DNA of 56,752 nucleotides, filler included, from Streblomastix strix (Eukaryota), in the NCBI GenBank assembly GCA_008636045.1. It is 3 parts of 3 records of this genome, joined end to end, with 100 filler letters (N's around TTAATTAATTAA, not from the genome) between each part and the next. Parts side by side here need not be neighbours in the genome. Positions count along the whole stretch, not along the records: positions 18,953 to 37,804 come from SNRW01000575.1; positions 37,905 to 56,752 come from SNRW01000576.1; 1 more part is not named here. The stretch is one strand, 5' to 3'. The position numbers were made by a program, and so were the translations under genes. Of this stretch, positions 25,833-47,724 are shown piece after piece. Below the pieces are notes generated by a model. The model searched no databases and was not told where the DNA came from. It saw only the letters and a program-made list of their open reading frames with translations. Positions within the stretch are counted from its first letter, which is position 1; every line of letters begins with the position of its first letter.

Positions 25833-26064
25833 AAGTCATTTCATTACATTTCACTTTTTCAGGTAATATTATTAATTAAATAAATTCAATTATGTTCTAT
25901 TTCCTTAATATATTTATTATTATTATAGTTGATCACAAACAATTACTACTAAAATAAAATGATGTGAATTAACTACTAGAAATAAATTAATGATTAAAAT
26001 TCACCTCATTTGAACTAAAGTTTTCTTAACTCTTCATTGAAAATTTATTTTAATTTTAAAATTT

Positions 26065-26385
26065 GTATCATTATTCATTTCTTTTATTCTTTTTCTTATT
26101 CTTTTACCTATTCTTTTTCTTATTCTTATTCTTATTATTATTCTTTTTTTCTCTTATTCTTATTTTTTTCTTATTCTTTTCCTTATTCTTTCTATTATTC
26201 TTATTAATATTCTTATTCTTTATTTTATTCTTTCTTTTATTCTTATTCTTTCTCTTATTAATATTCTTTATCTTATTCTTTTTCTTTCTCTTATTCATTC
26301 TTTCAATTATTCTTATTCTTTTTATTATATTTATTCTTGTTCTTTCTCATTTTATTATTCTTTCTATTATTCTTATTCGTAATTG
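26065..26385. repeat. Degenerate (TTATTC/TTTTTC)n low-complexity tract
   Basis: 6-12 bp periodicity; the minus strand reads as E/Q/K-rich but hits TGA after about 30 codons. Confidence 0.75.
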
Positions 26386-26955
26386 TCTTTCATTTTACTG
26401 TCCTAATAAATATACTACTTATAATTTACTAACATTAATATCATGAGATTTACTCTAAAATATTTCAATTAATTTAAAAATAGAAAGGGTGTGTCGAGCG
26501 TAAATTGACATATAATTTATTTAGTTTGAACATAACTCCAAATTCAAATTGGTTTAAAATTTGAAATTATATTTCATACACATATTATAATCAATTGCTA
26601 TCTGTTTTGAAATGATTGGATAGTGCTGCTAAAATTTATTGTCGATATTATCAGATAACGTGACAATATAATTCTTGCTCACCATTACAATCTACTCTTT
26701 AATAATTTTTGAATCTAATTAATATTAAATTTCAAATTTTAACTTTCATTTTAATCAGAAATTAACTACTGAATTTTTTTCACTATCATTGCTGCTTAAT
26801 TAAAGAATTATTGTTAGAAACAAAGAACTTGTCGTATATTTAAATTTAAATCTACATGAACTACAAATTTATTATATTTTCTTACATTTATATCACCTCA
26901 TCAAATTTTTGAAATTCTTATTTATCGATTTTTTTTAGAATATATTGCAAAAATA

Positions 26956-29900
26956 ATGTCAAGCTGGTTTAGATTCTTATCACAAAGTATGTCAGCTATT
27001 GATTAATTACTTTCACGAGAGAAAGGATGCACAGCGGCTGAACTTCTTTCATGTGATGAATTCTCACTTAAATTCTACCAGCGTAAACAATCCCTTATTG
27101 AATTGTATGAATATTCCTCTTTATTAACGCATTTATAACCTTTCTTTTCTTATTATACAGTCTTTTCAAACGCGAGAGCGTATTACAGATGCTCCATCTG
27201 ATATCTGATTCTCCCCCAGAGCGTGAAAGCATCAAAAGGAAATTTGTTCTTCCAAAACTTGCATCTGATGTCCTTTGCGATGAAATACCAGCAATTCGAG
27301 CGTAGTTGGTGTCTTCTGAATGTCTGAATGTGCTCCTGGGATTCTTTGAATAGAAGAAGGTAATTCAGCCTTTGTATGCTCAACACATGTGCAAAGTTGC
27401 ATTATGTCTTATAAGAACAAGAGGAGATGAGGTTGTTTATTTATTATATTCATGTGATTATTATATTATAGATGCAATTTTAATTGTTTTACTATATTTA
27501 TATATTTATATATAAATATAATAAATAATATACATTTATTATATTTTTACTGTATATTACTAATTGTAGATATTGTAAGAAATGCAAAAGCGAGATACTG
27601 TAGTCAAGATGTTAGGTCATATAGACTGTTATCCAATATGCGAACTAATTGATGATATTGCATCTGCACATGAAGTGATTGGTGGGAAAGAAGGATTAAA
27701 GAAAGTTTATTATTAATAATGATTATTATTTATATAATATTTGTTTCTATTAAAAATTTGTTTTTAATTTTAATCACTTTTATTTTGTACATCTTTGTAT
27801 TCTAGTGGCTCAAAGAGAGTAATCTTATAAATAATCTCCTTTTAATTATTGATCAAAGTGAATATACACAATAAAATAATAACAACATGAACATTGTTAA
27901 ATAAGGCCAAAATATCAGCAGCAAATCACAATTACTGATTAAAATACAATCCCAAATACAATCATAGTAACAATTGCATTTCCAACCAAAATCCTTCAAA
28001 TTCGCCAAATAGGCAGCATGCGATATAATAACGAGTATAATATCACGATTCAAACAAGTATCAGTAAATGAGATAATTAATGAAGTTATTGAAAAACGAG
28101 GAATGGAATTACTAATTAAAATGTCTATGAAACGAGGAAGAAAAGTTGTTAAATTGAATAATGTGAATAATATGAATTAAATTGGATAATTGAAATATGA
28201 AAATGTATTTGAAAAGGAGAAAGAAAAAGAAAAAGATAATAAAAACAATTTAAATATTGGAATTATGGATAAAACTGACACCAATTAATAACAATAGGAA
28301 TAATAATCTATTTCTCTACAATCAACATAAACATCTCCCTTATCATAAGATTCATAATAACTAAAGTATCCTCCTAATATTTCATAGTAAATGAATCCAG
28401 ATCAATATTCACATTCACATTAATACACTTTTTCAGAATCAGATTCATTGAAAGAAGAATTATCTATAACAATACTGGAGAGTATCATATGGAATAGTAA
28501 AGAAGTTCAGAATGATCAATTAAATAGAGAGAATTAAAATGATATGGATATTGAGATTGATAAGATTGAGAAGATGAATATAATGGAGAAAGTGAATAGT
28601 GATAATAATAATAGTTTTAATGATAATGAAATTAGTAATAATAATAACAATAATAATGCTAATGATTTTATTAATAATAATAACAATAATAATGCTAATG
28701 ATATTATTAATGAGAAATAGAAAGATTAATAAATAATAGAATTGAAAGAAGAATTAATATAAAATGTCGTTAATGAAGGAATTGATAAGAAATCTGATGA
28801 AATAATGAAAATATAAGATATCTCTGATAGTAACCAAATAAATTCAGATACAAATGAATAAAATAAAGAACAACAGAGTGAATAAATTAATAATGATAAT
28901 TAAACAACAAACACCCCAATTGCTGATAAGACAATGACATTTTTAGTATTTGAAGAAATCGATTATTAATCATAATCATAAGAAGATGGTAATGAAATAA
29001 AGAAATAATAAACAAATAAATCACCATAACTTCTTAAACGATATATTCTTGACAATTTAGAATTCCTTGTTGAAATATTGAGTAAAGAGAATGATAAGAA
29101 AAGAAGAAGTGAATATGGTGAAGAAAATGATAATAATACGAATGTTGATAATTAAATAGATAAAGTTAATGAAAATAATATAAAGAATGAGACTTAATAA
29201 AAATAAAAATAATAATATGAATATGATGAAGAGGAAAAAGAAGAATTTAACAAATTGAAAGGGAAACCAACATGGAATTGCAGAATTAAATGTTTGAATA
29301 TTATATAAAATAACATTAACTAAATTATTAATGATTATTTTTAATATATATTATTCTATTAATAATAATTTATTAGTGATTCAACTGTTGTCTGCACTTC
29401 TTCGGAGTGAGATTGGAGAAGATGTTGATGTATTAAATTATATTATTATTAATCTATTTATATTCATTAATATTTTTTCTCAATTTATATTATTTTATTT
29501 TTTATTATTTTATTCAATCTTTTATTATTAAATAGTAAGCATTTATTCGATCACATGCAATGAGATATATAATGGATATTTTCTTCCGATATCCAAATTG
29601 TAGTATTATGCATTGTGAAGTATGATGAATTAATAAATTTATTTTTATTTATAAATTTAATTATTTATATTTTTATTAATTATTTACCTTTTTTATTTAT
29701 ACATTTCCATTAATATATATAATTAAGATTTATACATTACTAGATCTTGGTATTTGTCTTAGATGCAGAAATTTAGTTATTTCAGATGTAGTCAATGAAA
29801 CGGATACAATAAAGTAAGTATATGATTGTATGTTGAATGAAAGAAATCGAATTGAAGGATATGAAATGAATATGATTAAATAAGAATAAGAGAAAGATAA

Positions 29901-30690
29901 TAATAATAAAGAGAAATTATCAATATTTAAATCAAACTCACCTTTAATCACATCAGAAACAAAACAAGAATAGCAATCATCTTCATCATCTCAATTTCAT
30001 TCCTAGACCTCATCTTAATCTCCTTCATTATCCAATACAAATATTACATCTCCATACATCCATCCTTCCGCATCCAATTAATGTTACTAATTAATCAATC
30101 TAAGTCCGTTAGTTCACCTGAGTGAATAAAGCCCTGCTTAATCACTTCATTAGTAGCCCATAGCTTCGCATGTTCTCCATTTGGCCAGAATGATTGAGGA
30201 AATCAGAGAGGATGTACCTGAAGTGGATAATGCAATACAGATGTTTAATTAAAAAGAGTAATAGTTACAACTATTGTAATTATAGGAGAAATAGAAATAA
30301 GATTTAAATTAAAATAAATTCAATACTTCTGCTATTTTCAAATAGAGTCTTAATGGAATAAATTACAATAATGATAATAATATAAACAATGAGATCTGGG
30401 ATGATATGTACAATTCAATTGTGTATCCAGCACATCAGAAACAATGCAATATTCCATTCCCACGTCCATTAAATCTTCCTCAGACAAATATTCAATCTGT
30501 TGAAGGTATAATAGCTGATGGGCTTCTTGGTTAATATGAGATGGGGAATATAGCCAATCTTTTTGGATATAACAGCAGTGGAGATGGAGCTGATGACATA
30601 ACAGACGGAGTTATACGAAGTGGGTGGGAAGGATAAGGATTTGTTGGAGTATCTGACTACTGGTCTGGAGATTCTGGCGATGTGTATTGA
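26956..30690 (+). CDS. SAPS-family protein (SIT4/PP6 phosphatase regulatory subunit), multi-exon
   Basis: MSSWFRF...IDQLLS...TAAELLSCDE...SLIEF|L...RKFVLPKLASDVL...KMLGHIDCYPICELI...|WLKESNLINNLL...VIQLLSALL...MDIFFRYPNCSIMH...HVLHLARMI; TGA 30688-30690. Long N/Q/E-rich insert at about 28150-29250. Confidence 0.88.
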
Positions 30691-31528
30691 TAAGTACTGA
30701 TATTGTAAATAAATATTGTTTATTAAAATATTATTAATATTGAAATTAAATAAAGTGAAAGAGTAAAACTCAAAATAAATGATTACCTTAGATTAATTTA
30801 TAATTCAATGGATTATAGGCATTTAGATATATGATCAATTAGAGGAAAGATTAATCATATTGAAATTATCTCTTTTTATTATTTAATTATTATTTGTTGT
30901 TCATATTGTAAATTTATTTATTTATTTCAGACTCAGTAGGATAACTTTCAAATCCAAGTTCAATTTCACAGTTATAATCTTATATTTGCATAACTAAGTT
31001 ATACTAATAAAATAATAAAAGATAAATTTGGACTATTTTACTGATATAATATGTATTGTGGAAATTATCTCATTGTTCGTTAAGTAAATATACATAAAAA
31101 TATTATAAAGTTACAATTTTATTATTTTATTATTAATTAAATTATGTTTCTAAACTATTATTAAATAAAACCCTGTAAAATAATAACTAATACTTTACGT
31201 GAGATATTACGTCATACAACTAACAGTATATTTATAGAAAATAAATTAAAATTAATAGAAATGCATCATATTACGACTTTAATGATAAATTAGACAAATA
31301 TCTGCACTTTTTACTATTTTAATGCAGAATAAAAAGATTTTTTTAATAAATCGCATTAAACCAGCCCGAAAGCATATATTCATTAAAATAACCTAATAAA
31401 TTAGTCAATTATATTTTTATAACAAAATTTATCCATTTAGTTAAATAAATAATTGTTGTAAAAACGTAATCAAATCAGAAATCGAGTTTTTTTTTAATTT
31501 TTTTTTAATTATTTAATTAAATAGAAAA

Positions 31529-34500
31529 ATGAAATCTTCAAGTTCACATCATTCTGTGTCAAGCACTACATAAGTAAAGATTAATGTTGTATAAGATAAA
31601 AAATAAATCAGTCAGACAAAAGGAAATGAAATAAAAGTTAAGGATAAAGAATAGGGAAATCCAGAATTGAAAAAGATGGGATAAGAAAAGAAGGAGAAGA
31701 ATGAGAAAGGAAAAGATATTTCATCCAAATCTGGGTTATTATTATTTTTTAATAATTTTTTTATGAACTATTTCTTTATTTCATAGACATTTGTGCACCA
31801 TCTATAGAAATGTTTGAGAACAATATTTTAAATAGAAAGCATGTTTGTATAAGATTTATTATAAATTTCAAAATAATTATATTACTTGAAATTCTTTTTT
31901 CTACTTTAAGATGAATGCTTAACATGTAAATTAGAAGATGAATCTTATGTGTGTAAAAATTGCGCTGAAACATGCCATCATGGTCACAATTTGAAACCAA
32001 TGGGGATATAAGATATATATTGTGATTGTCCATTCGAGTGCCCAAGATGCTAATGTGTAAATACAATATGTCAAGGGAGGAATGATATAAATATATGCTA
32101 GCCATGTTGCCAGTGTAAAACATGCAATTTGAAGGAAGTATGTTTGGCCTGTATTCTGAAATGCCACAAAGATCACAAGATAAAATATCTTAAGCCTGAA
32201 ATGTTTGAATGTCAATGTGGAAGAAGAAGTGAATAGCAATGTTTAATTCCATGTACCGATCTTTCAATAGATTCAGAAGAATCAGATATTGAGGTTAATC
32301 CAATATAAAATAAAGAAGAAAAATAACACAAAGAGGAAATGTATGCAATATTTATTATGTTATTTTTCATCATATTCAATATTTTCTTTAAAAGGATCGA
32401 TTCAGAGTTGAATACACCAGAATATCATGATTGTTTGATCAATTATTACTAATAACATTTTGAATTAATAATTTTGTGTAAATATTTATCTTAGTTGAGA
32501 TAATAAAGAAATTATTTGGTGGTGCGATGGGAAACACTTTTCTTGTGATGTTGAAGACTACATGAGTGTTGTATGTGATGAAGAGAGTTGATTACCTGGA
32601 TGAAAATGATAAAAGGATGGCTGATGAAGAGGTTGAATAAATGTATCGTCTTTCTTCAAAATTCACAGTTTGAATTAATAAATTATATTAATTTTTTTAA
32701 TATTAAACATATTAATTTATTAATTTTATAGGTGCGTCTTGTATATACCTTTGTTGATAGGACAGACATGTACATGGTTATGGAATACTGCGAGAATGGG
32801 GACCTTCGAAAAGTGATAACTGAACTTCAATAAGTTCCTGAAGAAGAACGGCTGAATGTATTCATATTATATTGATAATAAAACATAATACTATTATTTG
32901 AATTAATTTCAATTAGCGTGTTTGTGAGCTTTTTGCTCAGATTATTCTTTCTTTGAACTTCATACATTCAATGGGTGTAATCCACAGGTTTATAGAAAAT
33001 AATTTCATATTTTCCTATTATATTCATATTTATTATATAAATTAATATATTAACAATGCTATTTCAGGGATATTAAACCAGAAAACATCTTTATCATGGA
33101 AGATGGTTCTGTTAGATTGGGTTTGTTACTTGTTCTTTTTGTCGTATGAATTAATATTGATATTTGAACTTTAGGAGATTTTGGTTTGTCTAAAGTTCTG
33201 AATGAGAAGGACTATGCAACTGTGGCAGGAACTAAGTAAAATTATATTTTTAATTTACTATGCCCATTATTTATATTCTCATTTGATATTTAATATTAAA
33301 ACAGATATTATTTTGCACCTGAAGTCTTTTAAAAAAAGAAGTATGCAATAATGATCAAAAATTATGAAATTTATGAATAATTTTTATTTTAATATTATAG
33401 AATGTTTTTTTAGACAGATATTTATTCATGTGGAATAGTTTTCTGTGAACTTTTGATAGGCTATCATCCTTTACTGACTGAAAATGAAAAAGCTACAATT
33501 GAAAATATGACAAAAGGTAGTACTTTTGAGCTTCCAATTTGGGTTCCTACGGAAATTAAAGAACTTATTATGAGGATGATGAATATTGTTTGTATCAGAA
33601 ATAATTAATTATTAATTTTATTAAAACCTGTCCTTGCATTATTGATTAATTTTATTTTTCTAACATTTTTTTTAATTATATACTTCAGGATTATAATAAA
33701 CGCCCTACAACATAAGAATTGATGAAAATACAAATAATAAAGCAGAATATTGAATTGTTTGATATATAATAAAAAAAGAATGAAGAATATTTGAAGAAGA
33801 AATAATATATATTAGATATATCTGCTGTAAAACCTGAACCTGTTTCTTATCAATAAACGAAAGATCTCAGTAATTATATTGAATATCTTCGAAAATCTGA
33901 GTTAACAGATAAAGAAAATTTCAATAAACTTCCAGAAGAGTAAAAGATTAATATATTGCAGAAGCTTTCAGATTGTTTACTTGCAGTTCGTTCAGTATAA
34001 ACTATGAAAGAATAAAAAATTTCTGGAGAAATGAAATCAATTGCAAAGAAAATTTCAAATGAAGCATTTGAATCAATATATCTTATTATAAATAAATAAG
34101 AACATGTTGATTTTTGTTTCTAGAATAGAATCGTTGTAGAAATGATGGATTGCATCAGGAGAACTCCAATTGACAAGGTTTTAAAGGAAAACATTTAAGC
34201 ATTAAGTGGAATAAGTGAAAATGGCTCAGTTGAACATAATCATAAACTTTTTGAAATGGATGCATTCAAAATTCTTATTCCTGTTCTCAAGAATTAAGAT
34301 TTGAATATATAACAATATATACTTTATATTTTGATAGATATCATTCGAAAGGGTTGGAAATATGAAAAATTGTCATCTATTTAATTAAAAACATAATCAT
34401 TATCATCATTCTCTTCTACAAATCCATCGTATTCATCCTTTTCGGCACTTACACCAAATTTACAACAACTTCTTCTTGTAAATGAACATCCATATACATT

Positions 34501-37073
34501 ATTACTTGAGAAATAAGGAGTGATAAAATGTATTATAGAAGATATTTTGATGAATAAGAATATTTTATATGAGACTTAATCATATGGTTATGATTTTCTT
34601 GATGTTCTTTATTATGAAGGAGCTAAATTACCTTCTAATATTCAATAATAATTAATTTCTGATCTATGTTAATAAGCACAAGCTTTTTATAAATTTGAAA
34701 TAAAAGAAGATGATGAAGAAGAAGATTAAGAGAATACAGACATATACTTTGCACTTGATTCGCTTTCACGTTTATCTATGAATAAAGGTAATAATATGGT
34801 GCTGGGAAAAAGTCGCTGCGGTTTACTTTATGGAACGAAGGTTTGATATTAACTTTATATATATATATATATATTAATTAGTACAAGAAAATGTGAGATA
34901 TTGGTGATGGCCAGTCTTCGCATTATGGAATAATTTAAATTTTTATATGTTTTAGGGGGGTATAAAATTATAAAGCCTATATAATCTTTTTATTTATTTA
35001 TTGATTGTTATTTGGTTTAATAATTAAATAAGAAAAATGCCATATTTTTGAGTTTTTGAAAATGTTAGCGATTATATTAATTATATATTGGTTAACATCA
35101 TATATAAACATATATAACATATATATACTTAATATATCCGACATATCTATAATTAAAAAGATTATATGGACTTTATAATTTTATACCACCCTAAAACATA
35201 TAAAAATTTAAATTATTCCATAATGCGAAGACTGGCCATCGCCAATATCTCACGTTTTCTTGTACTAATTAATATACATATATATACATATAAATAAAAA
35301 GTTAATATCAAACCGTCGTTCCATAAAGTAAACCGCAGCGACTTTTTCCCATCTCCATATTTAATTGAAAAATAAAAGTTTTCTTCTGATAAAAAAATTC
35401 TTATAATTTTTTATCATTTTAATTCAGATAATCATGAAGCAATTATCGAAGAAGATTTCATTGAATCTGTAACTGATTTCTTCTAGTTTGTAAGATATTA
35501 ATTATTACAATGAATTTATTTATTTTTCATAACTATTATTTTTTAATTTTGTTACAATTAAAAATTTAGAAAAATTGAATAAACATATGAATTCAATATA
35601 GAAGAAATCTAATAATTACTTAACATTCTTCAAAATCTGTTTATATATGGAAATGTCTTTACAAAAAAGTTAATCCGTCAAATAATAACACAGGAAACCA
35701 TAGATAAAATGAAGAAGAATGATTTATTAGAAGAATTTGCCGTTGTTCTTGAAATTACATTCATTGATCCTCAAACAGTTGACTTTTTAATTAGATTAAA
35801 AAGAGTAATAGAAAGAAAAGGATAGAAAGAATAAATTGAGTTAATTAGAGAAGGTTTGATGCAGATGCTTAATAAAGAAATAGAAAAAGCAGCATTGAAT
35901 AACATTAACGATGGAGTCATTTATCTTATTGGAGACATCTTATAAGAATTATCTGATAATAATCCAGATGCATGCAAAATTATACTTGAAAAAACAGATT
36001 TCTTTGAATAGCATATTTCTTATCTCAATTCTCTTCCAATATCGCAAATAAAGAATTGGCACTGTTATAATTTTACCACTCTCTCAAGAAATCTTCCATC
36101 AGAGAATTAGAAGCTTTTATTTGAAAGAGGAGCAATACAAGCTATGGTTAGGATAATATGTAACGAAGGTAAAGAATTTAAATATTTTTGTTGGGAGAAA
36201 ATATCAAATGTTATTGAAGCTGAAAATGAAGTATTGAAAGATGGATAATAACATCCATACATGAAACTATTGTCTGAAGATGGAACATTAACATAAATCT
36301 TGCAAGCATTCATAAATGAAAAAAATGAAGAAAATCAAAGAATTTTAATGAGTTCACTTGGTTCACTTTACAAAGCTGCACCTCTTCCAACTGATATACA
36401 GAAAAAAATTATTGATTTTGTTAGAAAAGAAAAAGAATTTGAAATAATGTCGTATCTCGCTGAATGTCCAGGTTTAATTTATTTAAATATCAATTTATTA
36501 CTTATTCATTTTATTATATTCTTAATTCATGCAATATCTTACAATTCTTTTTTTATATATGCATTTTAAGCCAATCATGATTCGATCATGATGAATAATT
36601 CTGAAAAGAAGTTTTTCTAAGATAGCTTGACAGAAATGTATTCTATTCGAATCATTTATTCAATACTTAAATATGGAAATGAGATGAATAAGAAAAAAGT
36701 TGCATCTGCAGTTAAAGATGAAGTGATAAAACTAAATGATGATAAAATCATGGAAAAATTAACAAATAAATATCATTGGGATGAAAAAGAGATAAAAGAG
36801 ATAAAATATAAAATAAAAGAAATATTATCGATAATAAATGAAATTCTAAGAATTGGGGATAAAATAATAAAAGTTTCAAATAGTAAAACTGAACCAAAAG
36901 TGAAAGAATAATAAAAATATTAATAATAAAATGATTTAATAAAAAGTTAAGAAAAAGAGAAATTAAATTAAAAGTTGAAGATAAAGGATAATGAAAAAGA
37001 AATAAGTAATAATAAAACAATAGGAAATGATTAATTAAAGGAAAAAAAACAAAGAAAATATTAAATAGAATGA
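31529..37073 (+). CDS. Ser/Thr kinase (NEK/CAMK-like) with two N-terminal UBR-box-like zinc fingers and C-terminal helical repeats; one in-frame TGA
   Basis: YECLTC...VCKNCAETCHHGH...YCDC and CQCKTC...VCLACILKCHKDH...FECQCG; GGAMG, YVMK, MEYCENGDL, HR|DIKPEN, DFG, APE, DIYSCG, KRPT. TGA at 32563-32565. Ends at 37073, or at 37203 if the A-run near 37042 has an indel. Confidence 0.85.
34798..35356. mobile_element. Non-autonomous DNA transposon (MITE/foldback) with about 195-bp TIRs and ATAT target duplication, inside an intron
   Basis: ggtgctgggaaaaagtcgctgcggtttactttatggaacg... is the reverse complement of ...cgttccataaagtaaaccgcagcgactttttcccatctcc; ATAT at 34794-34797 and 35357-35360. Confidence 0.93.
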
Positions 37074-37452
37074 TAATGATAAAACAAAATCAATATCTGT
37101 AGAACATTCTTCATTCATACCAAACTCGTCTTCAAAATCAGCTCTTCCTTCAGTTGATATGAAAAAGAAATCCTTGAATGAAAAAGAAATAGAAACTAAA
37201 TGAGTATTTTTATTATGCTTTCCTAGTTTAAACTAGTTTCAATCTATTAAATCTATAATAAATTATAAATATCTTAAAAAATTTTGTACTTAAATTTGTT
37301 TTGTTTGTTATTGTAAGAAAAATATCTCATTTATTGATATATCCTTACAATTCTTTTGTTATCGAGATTAGTTTTTTTAATATTAATTTTATAAAAGAAA
37401 ATTAATTTCTTCAGCACATTTTTCTTCTTCAACTCAATTTAGATTTTTATTT

Positions 37453-37804
37453 ATTAAGATGATGAAATGCGGAGGAGAGGTTCAGTGAAGTGCCCAAATC
37501 TCCAAGTCTAATTGTTTGTTTCACCTCGTTCGAATCGTGCATCTTGAAGTGGAAGTCTGCAATCTATTTGTTCAAAGCTTTCGCATCCAGTATCTTTCTC
37601 CATTTCCCATTTGCTTTATTTACCATGAATGTCGGGTTATACCATTTGATTTATTCTTTTATAATCGGTATCACAATGTTCTCTTTCAATTCTTCCTCTA
37701 ACATTATCTTGTATTCTTTTGCTTCTTCTTCTATTCCCCTAAATTTCATTATCTTTAACTAGCGTTATGGTTTGTTAATACTCTTACCGTCTTTCAACTA
37801 GAGG
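37453..37804 (-). mobile_element. Reverse-transcriptase fragment of a DIRS-like element
   Basis: MLEEELKENIVIPI...WYNPTFMVNKANGKWRKILDAKALNKQIADFHFKMHD...LNLSSAFHHL; similarity ends before the YxDD motif and the other end runs off the contig. Confidence 0.85.
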
Positions 37805-37904
37805 NNNNNNNNNNNNNNNNNNNNNNNNNNNNNNNNNNNNNNNNNNNNTTAATTAATTAANNNNNNNNNNNNNNNNNNNNNNNNNNNNNNNNNNNNNNNN
37901 NNNN
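37805..37904. other. Artificial contig linker
   Basis: 44 N + TTAATTAATTAA + 44 N. Confidence 0.98.
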
Positions 37905-45720
<7,816 letters not shown>

Positions 45721-46510
45721 ATATATTAAATTAATTAATGTTAAAATTGTTGAATGAATATATATATGTTTATGAAAAGATTGAATAAACATAATTATTT
45801 ATATTTTACAAAAATATAATTTTCATAATCTTAGTTGATGGTCTTCGTCTGATTCACAAGAAAGGAATTTTTCATAGGTATATACACATTAGATTAGAAT
45901 TAATTTTTATTTTCTTATGATTTTGTTTATACTAATAGAAACATTAAAGGTCAGAACATATTTCGAAATAGTCCTCCAGGATCTGGTCGTGTGGTGTGCT
46001 ATAATTAAACATAATTAAATAAACATAAATTAATATTTATTATTTATCTATATATTAATATATATACAGATCGTTAAGATTACCAATTTTAGGTTTGATT
46101 ATATTTAAAATGATTATTATAGATATTATTAAAATATATTGCTATAAATATATTAATATATATATTTAAATACTTATCAAACTATTAATTACAATTTCTG
46201 TTATATTAAATTTTTTTATTATTTCTTATTATTTCTCAATATTCAGGAATGTTCCATACATATCTCCACAAATGATTATGGGAGAAACAAGTGAAAATGT
46301 CAACGCTGATGATAAAGTATGAGATTATTGTAATAAGTATAATACAATTTAAAATTAATATAAAATTTTTTATATATATTTTTTCATTTAATTATTCATT
46401 TCTTTATTTAATTAACTTTTGTAGTTTGATATTTGGAGTGCTGGAATCATTTCCCATTAGCTCGTATCACATAAGCTTCCATTTAAATCGACTAATTAAC
46501 AGACAGTTAT

Positions 46511-47484
46511 TGAGAACGCTAACCCAACCACCAAGAGCCCGACCTACCCACCCAACCAAGAAAAAATGACCTAAAATAAAAAAAATAAAATAAAATATCA
46601 ATTTTTTTTAAAGGTTCAGATATGAGTAGTAATATATTAAATTCATTTTAATATTTATGTATAATATGTTTGTATACATTAACGTAATAAATAGAGATTG
46701 TGTAAAAAATAATTTTTTCTCAAATTTAGTACAGGTTGCCTTGAGTAAGCTCTTTTTCGCGCCAAGTTAATTGTATTATTGACTATATTTATTACAATTA
46801 TGTGTAGTTATATCAATATCATTTTTCTATCTTAATTGAATTATATATTATTATCTTACAAGCGCGCAATTCTTGTTACAATCCAAATTTGGCTTAAAAA
46901 AAAAGACCCAACCTAACCCGACCCGACATGACCCGACACAATCCAGTATGGGTCATTCCAAATAAGAGTATTTACCACTGTTCTTCTAAAAAATAAATTT
47001 AATTAATTTAATAAATATATATTTTAGTAAAATTTGGATTCAAATAAGTCTCTATAAGCACTTTGGGTAAAATTTTATTCTTGACAGTGTTTCCCTCAGC
47101 AAGTATCCATATCTTGAATTTTTATATTATTTTTTAAAATTATGAATTTATTAACTTATTTGATTAAATTCATTTGACCATTATTCTACAATTTACTTCA
47201 ACAAAATTATTTTTATTATTTGTCAATTCATTCATGCATAATATGTTTTATTTAATAATTATCAAATTTATTGATTAAATATATTTAATTTATTACTAAA
47301 TTACAACATACAAACATATAATTCTAATTATTTGTTGATGCAGTTTAGATTTTATTAATTTTTTTTTTAATTTTTCCAGCATAAAGTAAAACGCTATTTT
47401 TGAAAAATCATATATTTATTCTTACCCACAGATCTCTGATCGGCCCAACCAGCCAAAACCTTCTGGGTCAGTTTGAAATCCCCA
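46511..47484. mobile_element. 974-bp insertion in a kinase exon with a 10-bp target duplication (Mutator-like?)
   Basis: agacagttat (46501-46510) and agacaattat (47485-47494) flank it; removal restores PFKSTNQQTIM|MFMFEK. GACCC/AACCC repeats inside; TIRs are weak. Confidence 0.7.
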
Positions 47485-47724
47485 AGACAATTATGATGTA
47501 TGCATTTTATTTGAACAATTAATAATAATAAAACAAATTGATTTTTATTTTTTTAATATTAATTATTTATAAATATTATATTGCACAAATTACTAATTTA
47601 ATTATAATTCATTTATAATTTTACCATACTATACATATTTTATGTTCAGGTTTATGTTCGAGAAAGCAATTGAGCGTTCTCCAGAGGTGAAATATGACGT
47701 TTTATGGGATTTACTAACAAAGAT

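Noticed and set aside
26063..26446. F/L-rich and K/N-rich ORFs in the track
   Set aside because: Translations of a (TTATTC)n low-complexity tract.
18853..37904. Palindromic TTAATTAATTAA inside N runs, and three segments of near-equal length (18852, 18852, 18848 bp)
   Set aside because: An artificial six-frame stop linker joining length-sorted contigs; not biological, so no cross-contig gene cluster can be inferred.
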